Source of the DNA: Podarcis erhardii
Taxonomy: Eukaryota
DNA length: 64,000 nucleotides
Assembly: GCA_964252035.1 (NCBI GenBank)
Contig: OZ176201.1
Direction: 5' to 3' (one strand)
In this document: positions 55,661 to 64,000 of the stretch, one piece after another
Layout: every line of letters begins with the position of its first letter
Numbering within the stretch: the stretch's first letter is position 1
The notes under the pieces: generated by a model
The model's database searches: none
What the model was told of the DNA's origin: nothing
Seen by the model: only the letters and a program-made list of their open reading frames with translations
Program-made: the position numbers and the translations under genes

Positions 55661-55666
55661 TTTATT
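55661..55666 (-). terminator. PRR7 polyA signal
   Basis: TTTATT on + (AATAAA on -), about 310 nt after the PRR7 stop, with GT-rich sequence downstream on the - strand. Confidence 0.7.
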
Positions 55667-55971
55667 ATTTTCAAAATGTAACAAACAAAAAATAGGAAAC
55701 GAACCCAAAGGCCCCCTTGCAGTCAGCACCAACAGAGCCTGTAGCGGGCCCAGAAAAAGGGAAGTGGGCGAGATGGGGAGACCAGCCCCAATCTCACCCT
55801 GGCCAGGAGGTCAAAGAGCAACTGGGGGGGGGATCTTTGCACTGCGAGGGCTCATGGCCCAGACATGGCTGGAAGGCTCGGACTGAGAGGCTTGGTGGCT
55901 CCCGCAGACCAAGGGAACAAACAGGCTGCCGGGATCCTCCAGCTTGTGTGCAGCAGCAGCCACAGTCCACC

Positions 55972-56360
55972 CTAAACTGCAGTAGTCCTGCCAAACAAAG
56001 GCATTGAGACCGGCAGGTGCCAGGGCCCCGGCTCATAGCTGTCTCTGGCGCTGAATTCTGAGTCTGTCCAGCTGGGGAAGATGCGCTGCGAGTGCTCAGC
56101 CTCCAAGTAGAGGTTGGTGCAGGTGGGGCCCCGGCTGGCTGTGCTGGGCAGGTGGAGCGCTGAGCTGTAGCCCCGGTCCAGGAAGAGGGGCTTGTAGCTG
56201 GGCGGCTGCTCCTGCTTCTCCGGCTGCTCGTGGCTCAGGAAGGGGGTGGTGATCTTGCGGTACAAGCCGCGCGTGTCCGTCAGCACTTCGCTGTAAGGCG
56301 GCGGCGGCTCGGCCATCAGCACTGCTTCCTCGTAGCAAGGTGGCTTGGATGGATCTGGTT
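55972..56360 (-). CDS. PRR7: PRR7 last coding exon
   Basis: Acceptor ttgcttgcag|AA; [26 protein letters not shown]...PLFGRTTAV*; 389 nt. Confidence 0.95.
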
Positions 56361-57611
56361 CTGCAAGCAAAGCAATCACAGTGACCGAGTGCAAGGAACT
56401 GATACAGTTAAGCGTGCCATCAATCCATTGCCTGCTCTCTTCCCCCCAGGCATACAAAATACAAGCTCATCTGTCCCGAGCAAGGTTTGGGGAGAGACAG
56501 AGACCCAAACACCCTAAGCTCTATTATCACAACCCAAGAGCTGGCTACAACCACAGACCTACACTTCACAGACAAGCAAATGGGATCAGGGATGGTGCAA
56601 GACTTTGGATACACAGAATGGGCATTCTGACCCCACCTTCCTCTTAAATAAGCCTCCTGAGATCCTGCCCACTTCCTCCCTGCTTCTCCACCCCCATCAT
56701 TCAGCCCAGACACAGGTCCAGCTCTAAGGGCCTTCTGGCAGTTCCCTCACTGCGAGATGTGAATTTACAGGGAACCAGGCAGAGGGCCATTTCTGCAGTG
56801 GCACCCACCCTGTGGAACACTCTCGTGTCAGATGTCAAGGAAATAAACAACTATCTGACTTTTAGAAGACTTTGCCCAAAGCAATGTTTTCTTTCATTCC
56901 TTCATATTTTGTTCGAAGCTGCCATTAAGCTGAAACTTTGCAAGCTCTGAGTGAATAGCAGTTTGGTCTAAAGGCTGAACCCTTAAGCCTGCTGGAGGCA
57001 GCTTTGGCTCCCTTAGCTGTAGCTCAGGGGTGGGGCATCTGCCTTGCATGCAGAAGGTTGCAGGTTCAATCCCCAGCATCTCCAGAGAGGGCGGGGAGAC
57101 TCCTGCGTGAAACCCTGGGGAGCCCCTGCCAGCCAGTGCAGCCCGTCCTATGCTAGATGAAACAACGGCCTGACTTCCTGTTCTCGCCAGCCAGCTACCC
57201 ACCTGCAGAAGCAGCGCTCCTCCCAAACGCGACCGTATTCTGCACCAGGAGTGGGCTCAGTCCCCTTCGGGTGCCCTTACCATGCCTGCAGCTCCACGGC
57301 CTCGGGGGTGGGAGGTGAGGGCGATGGGGCTCGATCCGGAGTCGGTGAGGTACCGCGATGCCCGGCGGGTTCCTGATGTACCCGCCCCCGTAGCCGGAGC
57401 CCCCATAGGCAGGGCCCCCATAGCCCTCGTAGTGGAGGGGCTCCATCTCCAGGGTGCGCAGGTGCTGCTCTCGCAGCCGCTCCTCCTGCCGCCGCTTCAT
57501 GCGCCGCCGCAGGTAGCTGCAGAAGCAACATAGCAACACAATGAGCCCCCAGATCAGCCAGAAGCCGGCAAAGCAGGTGAGGAAGGTGTAGGTGCCGTGG
57601 GACATCACCAT
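55972..57611 (-). CDS. PRR7: Proline-rich protein 7 (synaptic transmembrane adaptor); span of the two-exon CDS, 239 aa
   Basis: N-terminus [37 protein letters not shown] (TM helix plus Cys cluster), PY motifs PPCY/PPPPY/PPSY, and C-terminal PDZ ligand GRTTAV. Confidence 0.96.
56728..56870 (+). mobile_element. L2 ORF2 C-terminal fragment
   Basis: [30 protein letters not shown]. Confidence 0.78.
57015..57182 (+). mobile_element. Squam3-like SINE in the PRR7 coding intron
   Basis: gctgtagctcagggg...catctgccttgcatgcagaagg...ggttcaatccccagcatctccag. Confidence 0.8.
57281..57611 (-). CDS. PRR7: PRR7 first coding exon
   Basis: ATG at 57611-57609 in aagATGG; donor CATG|gtaagg; 331 nt, phase 1. Confidence 0.95.
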
Positions 57612-60600
57612 CTTCGCTCCGGAGGACTGGCAGAGATTTCGCCCTACGAGCTTTGAAGCCAAGGAGTTTATTCAGTTCCAGCTATGGGGGTGGCGGGTGG
57701 GCAGGAGACTTTTTCTCTCTTTCCCCCACTTTTGGGTCTTCTGCAAAAAGGCAGGGACTAGGCTTAGTTCTGCGGGTGCCTTTGCCTGCTCTGCTTCCTC
57801 CCTTGCTGCCCAGTCATGTTGAGGGGATCACAAGCTTCCCCTCAGCTCTCCTTGTACGTCCAGTTTCACCTTTTCCCCAAAGATTGTGTAGGGTGCTCTC
57901 TTTCAGCCACAGTACAATCCAGGGGCCACCACCAACAAGGCCCTGCTTCAGTCAAGGCAGTGGAAGCAAGGTCTGCAGCAGCTCAGCCCCTTGTGAGTTA
58001 CGCGGCCTCCTGGAGGTGCTCCACAACTGCAGCCATGGAAGAGGTTGGCCGGAGACTGGGGCGCAGGCTTGGGCCTTTCACGGAGAGGGGGGAGTTCTGG
58101 CTCCTAAAGGAGCCCAAGGGAGGAAAGGAGAGTGCTGGGAAGGCTCATGGGCACGGCCTGTGCTCTCTTCTTCAAACGCCTGAGTTCTTGGATACTTGGG
58201 GTAACACGACCAGTAACACCAGCACCCAGCCCAACTTCTTCCCATTGCTGGCTCGGGGCTTTGCAGGGCCAACAGCACTTCCGACAGGAGCTTGCTCCCT
58301 GCAAACAGACAGACAATGCCATTGATTGGAGGAGGGGACAGACAAGTGCTATTTTGCAGAACCCACCCTGCCTGCTCTAAGCCCCTCCCCAGCTAACGAG
58401 CACAAGCCACTGGTGGTCCAATGAAGGGGTGTAGAGCTTAGACCCTGACTGCAAACACTGCCCCTCCCCTTGAGCACAAAAGCCTGCGGCTTGGCTTGGC
58501 TTCCCACCAGTTGCAACTGCAAAGTAGAGGGGAGGAAAGCTTTTGGTTAAATTGGGTGTATTGTACAGCCTCCGACCCCTGTCCAGCAATCTAAGCCTGT
58601 GACTACCAAGTGAGCATGTGCCCCCTTTCATGCGGCCACAGTACCGCCCACACACTCACCATCACATGCACCCACTCTCATTCATGCACTGAACACTCAC
58701 AGATCAGGCTGGGCTTATGGCATTCAGGCATGCTCCTTGCACAGGTTGCAACCAAAGCTGTGGGCCGCCATTGCCCTGGCCATTTCCGACTGAGGCAATA
58801 AACTGCCAGGGATGGAGCGAACCCAAATTCCAGACCTGCTGCTGCTGCTGTGGCAGTGAAAGGGAGAACTCACAAAACAGCAGGGCACAAAAGCACCAGG
58901 AGAGGCCAAGAGAAGACAAGTACCAGAGCACTACCTCACTTCTCCTCTTGATGGCACTGCTAGCCCAACAGCACTCCTCTGCTCATCCACAAACCATCAC
59001 AGAAGCCTCCTGCCCACACATGTCACAGCTTCACCCCTCAAGGGACTGCTCTCCACATGGCACATCACACACCACTGCCAAGATGTGTGCTGATTCCTCC
59101 TTCTCTGCCTCCGCTTACCCCCTACCCCCAGGTAATGGATGCCAACCAACAACCTCCCATTCATAGCAAAGCTGTTTCCAATGCAGCTTAGGGACCACTA
59201 AGCGTGAAGCAGGTCGCCCTGAGCTAAAACTGAACTTTGACACTTGCATCAGGTAAAGGCCCCACCATCAGCTACACCTCCACCCTCCTCCCGCCTGCTT
59301 AGTTCATTGCTTGTTAGTTCTGAGGTCTGCCAGTAGCTAGGCCACCATAAACCAAGGCAAGTAAGTACGCTATTCCCAGGATATTTCATAAATGGACTCA
59401 TCCTAGAACCCCATTTCAGGAAATCACAATCACTTGAGAGGGAGAATTCCTCCTGCATGTATACTGCAGTGGATCACAAGCTGTGGGGATGAGGTGATCT
59501 GAATCTTGCCTTTGTACACTTAGGCTGCATTCTGGACAGGCACACATGCAGCAAGAGGTATTCCACATTCCACCCAGGCAAACACACTTAAGGAGGCTGC
59601 AGAACAGGGCAGCAGGGGGCGTGGCCTAGGCAGGGAGGCTGCAACCAAGGGCCAGGTAGAGAGGCCTGTTGTTGCCCACTTTTAGCTAGTGTGCACCCTA
59701 TTATTTAACTTGGGAATCTCTGTAAGCACCATTCATAGAATGGCCTTTCAAAGTGTCATCATAACTTCCCCAAATGTTAACAGGACCTATTTGGGATTAG
59801 ACCTTTCTGAGTAACTCTGTACTGAGGAACAACTCCATTTCTCCTTTAAAAGTATCTCACTGTCACCTCAAACACAGCTGAGAGGGTATTCCCCACCATA
59901 TCAAGGCGTTAAGAGATAAGCCTGCAAGCTTTTATTATTGCTTACACTAAGCCAGCCTTCTTATCAGAGCCCAAACCAGCCGCTAAAACTTAAGAAGTGG
60001 GCTGAGCTTCAGCCTCCTGTCAGCTGCCAACCCTGTTGGTGTGTTTTAAATGTACAGAGCCAGAGTGCATGATCAGCAGCCATTAACAGTTAAGGTTAAC
60101 AGCTAGCAACTAAGCTGTGTTCCTGGATCTGTTCTCTTGCTTCACATCAGGTCAGATCAAGGCCAAGCGTTCTTTGTAAGAAGCCCATCAGTCAACAAGC
60201 ACTGAGTGCTCTGTCAGAAACAGGGACCCTGGTCTGAGTAGGCTGCTGTTTACCTTCCACCTGCCTGCCATACATCATAAGGCAGGTGCAAATCAATACC
60301 AGTAAGCATTAAACTATTTAGTTAGAAGAGACACCACAGGCCAGCCAATCACAGAAAATGCTTGAAATGTCAGTCTTCTAGCCTCAATACAGTTGGCCAC
60401 TGCTTAACGTCTTCCTCATAATGGCCCTATACTAAAGTTTTGGGTTTGAATGCCACCTGTGTGGTGCTTGTCTGGATCCTTTCATTTGTTATTATCCATA
60501 TAGTCCCAAAATATTCCATCTGGGACTTAGCCAACTGAACTATATATTACCTTGAGCTATAGGCCTTCTGAATGTTTGACAAGGCACATAAATAAGCCTT

Positions 60601-61185
60601 TCTACTTATCTATGTGCAGGCCCATTATTAAAAACACAAGTTACATTACGACTGTCAAGTTTACATTCAGAAGTGGTGGCCACAAGTTAGAAAAGGAAGT
60701 GTAACTGGGTAAGCAGGTGGGTGGCTGAATCCACACAGGAAATGAAGCAGCCCGTGAAACATGGGTTGAGTGGGAATGTCCTTTGTCCCTTCTTTGAATG
60801 CACGTGTCCCAGTTGGTGGCTCCATCAAGGAAGTGTGACTGAGCTAAAACAAGCCCAGGAAGAACAACTTTGCAGCTGCCAATATGGCAGCAACAGGGGA
60901 GATTGCCAAGATGAAGTCAAGCTCCCCCCCTTCCTCCCAGTTTACTCTCCCCCAAAATCTGCTAATTAAAAACAGGATTTTCTAAGGAACTACAAAATTT
61001 CTGCGTGATTAGGTCAACAGCAAGCTGACATTAACTAAATGCCCACAAAAAAGGCTGCAAGGGTGAAATTTGTTAATAGGCACTGAATTCAGCTTTCCGG
61101 GAAGACCAGATTTTATGTTTAAAATATGTTTCTAACCTTTATTGCCATGAAGGCAGGCTTGTAAGGTTAAGCAATGTGTCATGAC

Positions 61186-61400
61186 AGACTGGTTAAGTGG
61201 TTAGAGTACTGGGATAGGATCAGGGAAACCAGGGTTCAAATCCACACTCAGTCATGAAACTCGCTGAGTGATCTTGGTTCAGTTACTATCCTATAGCCTA
61301 GCCCAGCCCACTGGGTTGTTGTGAAGAAAAAATAGCAGAGGGGCAAGGTATGTGGTTCTGAGTAACACGGAGGAAAGCAGGGAAATAAATGTAATGAATA
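61186..61400 (+). mobile_element. CORE/MIR-like SINE, same family as 23345
   Basis: aagtggttagagt...cagggttcaaatcc...gggttgttgtgaag...ataaatgtaatgaata. Confidence 0.72.
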
Positions 61401-62039
61401 GACGGGGGGGGGGGGAATCTGAGAAATTTCAAAAGCCACAGTGGGAGATGAACAGGATATTCAGTTGCCAGGGAGAAGATTTACAGGGTTGTGCATAGCT
61501 CTCTGCACCTTCCCATTGGTTAGAAGAAAGTATAATGCAAAATGACCCAAAAAAATCTCCCAGGATATCTAAAAAAAGAAAAATGGTAATAAGAAAACCA
61601 CTGACAATTTGGTTCCCCTTGATGGTACCTCAAAATATGCCATCTGAGAGAGCCTACCTCATCTTATCCAATTTTGGCTCACCTGGGTGCTTGCTTTGAT
61701 TTGCCTAATTGTACAAAGCTTCAGCTTTCCTAGAATTAACTGAGTGCAAAAACACATACACACACACACAACCTGTGTCCGAAGAAGTATAGAATTGCAG
61801 ACACTTTCTAAATGCAGAGCACAGAGAACTCTGTAACAAAGACAAGGTCACAGTGCCAGACCTCCACCTGGGACAACCTTGGTACTCGGTGAGATTGCTG
61901 GCTGCTGGCCAGAAGGAAGAGGTCACAGAGCTGCCTCGATCTCCCTGAATATTCTGCTGTACATGAGAACAGTATAATCCCAGCAGAGACCAGTGCAATA
62001 TTCATACATCTGCAGGACAAAAAGCTCCAGTTACAGGTG

Positions 62040-62205
62040 GCCATAAACCAGTGACCAATAAATGCCTCTGCTGGGAGGCAACAGCGGGAGAGGGGTCTTG
62101 CCCTGATGTTGTGAGCTTCCCAAAAACAACTGGGTGGCTACTGTGAGAACAGGAAGCTAGAGTAGCTAGGCCTCTGGTCTGATCCAGCAGGGATCTACTT
62201 GTGTT
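62040..62205 (+). mobile_element. CR1 3'UTR fragment
   Basis: gcttccc...ctactgtgagaacaggaagctag...ggcctctggtctgatccagcagg...tgtgttc. Confidence 0.65.
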
Positions 62206-63149
62206 CCAAGTGAACCTACTATATGACCCTGTCTTACTGATCCCACGGTCCTCAGTACCAAGGTCTTCTCAAGGCAATGCCTCCACCAGCAGCCTTAACA
62301 TCCTGTTTAAGATACTTAATAAAAATCGTCCATTCCAGCAGAGAAGGCAAGGATGGTTCTTGCAAATGTAGCTCATCTTTACCTATAAATATCCTTTCTG
62401 TGTGTGTTTTTAGAAGTCCCTAATAAGATGAGGATGGGTATGGAGACATGCACTTCAGTATGTGATTGAGGGTTTCTGCATAGAAAGCATTGCAACTGGT
62501 GATGCGGGAGGGAATTGCAACAGGGCCTGTGCACGGCTCCCTGAGACTCCAGTGCCTCCCCTCCTCCTCAAATAGGAGAGAACAGCTACGCCTGTGCTGG
62601 GCAATGCAGATCCCAGCCTCAAATCACGACAATAAATGTCAAAGTAAAGACTTAGCAGCACCTTGGCAAGGACTCCTCCACAGCATGAATCTGGCCTCGT
62701 GCAAGGCTGGCATCTACGGGACACTGAGATGACTGGTGTGCTGTGTTGGCTACGGCTGCTGGAGGGTTGGGGGTTGGGAGGGAGGGAGGGAGGAGCACTG
62801 CATCAAAAGGACTAGTCCACCTTAAAAGCACAGGCAGCCAATCCATCCGGAACAGGGACTGCTCTGGCCTGCAGCTGGAACCTCTGGCGATTCTGGAGCA
62901 CTGGGCTTCCTTGCCTCTCCAATGTCAGATCCACCATTTGTGGGCATGAGGCCTTCCCTTCCCCATTCATCTTCAGACATATGCTCAGGACACATGTTGG
63001 CTTCTGAAGATAGGGTGCCTTTACAGGTAATAAGTCCCTACCAGGACTGTTACAGGCTGTGGCTTCTTCTTGCACACCAGCTTTGCTCATCCATGCAGAT
63101 GACACCAACAGCCCTTGTGCACAAGTAGGCTACATACATTCCTGGGCAG

Positions 63150-63153
<4 letters not shown>

Positions 63154-63189
<36 letters not shown>
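63154..63189. repeat. (GT)n microsatellite
   Basis: About 18 perfect units. Confidence 0.98.
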
Positions 63190-63191
<2 letters not shown>

Positions 63192-64000
63192 ACATTGAAT
63201 GGGAAACTGAACAAGCTCTCAATTATTTTCTCTGATAGCACAGAGGGCACCTCAAATTCAAGGCAAGCACTTCTTACAAAGACATTTTCCTACCTAGCCA
63301 CCACTACAGAAGCTCCCAAGCTTAATTTAAATTAAAACTGATACACATGAAGTCAAACAGACCACTGAGCATGTCCATCTGACCCTCTGGCAATCCACAG
63401 CCATGCACGCATCCACTCCTAAAGTGGGAGTCCAGGAACCACTATGGCTTCCAGGGGCACTTAATTTCTGCTGTCTCCTGCCTGATAAGCTTTACCTGTT
63501 GCCCTAAAAGACCTGACTCCTGATAGTGACCACGTGAGGCAGCCTGCAAAGGTTAATAATGTCCTGCTTTTCCATCTTATGGTCCAGGATCAAGATGCAG
63601 CCTAGAAAGCAAATTCCAGGGCTGAGCCCAGGCATAAATTAAACCCTGGAGGTCAGGTTTAACACACTGACATCTTTTTAGCCACTGCCTGTCACCCAAA
63701 GGAAGCTGCCTTATACTAAAATCAGACCACTGATCTGGCTCAGTGTTGCCTTCGCAGACTGACAGTAGCTAAAGTTCCTTGGCCAAGTGTTTTGGTGGGG
63801 CACAGAAATTAGTATCAGAGCAAGAATAACTGGGGAACAAGGACCATGGCCTGATCTCTCAACTGAGCTATGGTGCCTCCTTCTCTTGAAGGATGGGGAG
63901 GGGGGCCATTTATCTGGGGTTTTTTTTTTTCTAAAAGGCCGATTAACCCTGTCCACTCAAAACACTTAAGCAACCTTCTGACGCTGCTTGCATTTGGGGA

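Noticed and set aside
1-64000. CRISPR arrays, operons, rRNA, intact transposase, RT or ERV genes
   Set aside because: None seen. The recurring palindromes are dispersed MITEs rather than regularly spaced repeats, and all LINE pieces are short 3' fragments.

Overview
Vertebrate genomic DNA, most likely a squamate reptile and probably a lacertid lizard (inferred from Sauria SINE, tRNA-derived SINEs, CR1/L2/L1 LINE fragments and squamate-type MITEs). I rebuilt three intron-containing genes exon by exon, checking splice sites and reading-frame phase. PDLIM7 (+) contributes its 3' part: 8 exons to the stop at 11030, plus an alternative LIM-less terminal exon at 1745-1841. DBN1/drebrin (+) is complete with 15 coding exons (15123-54228; 710 aa with the 138-nt drebrin-A exon, 664 aa without), a CpG-island promoter, a 23-kb first intron, a GC-AG intron and a 490-N gap in intron 6. 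PRR7 (-) has 2 coding exons (57611-55972, 239 aa) and converges tail-to-tail with DBN1. This order matches the human PDLIM7-DBN1-PRR7 block as I recall it. Almost all other ORF-track entries are non-coding noise. I found no prokaryote-type system, CRISPR array or intact autonomous transposon. The most interesting observations are splicing and isoform switches, a Gly/Tyr-rich segment in PRR7, candidate DBN1 uORFs, a SINE flanked by inverted repeats, and a hAT element resembling horizontally transferred families. Homology statements come from memory of the protein and repeat families, not from database searches.
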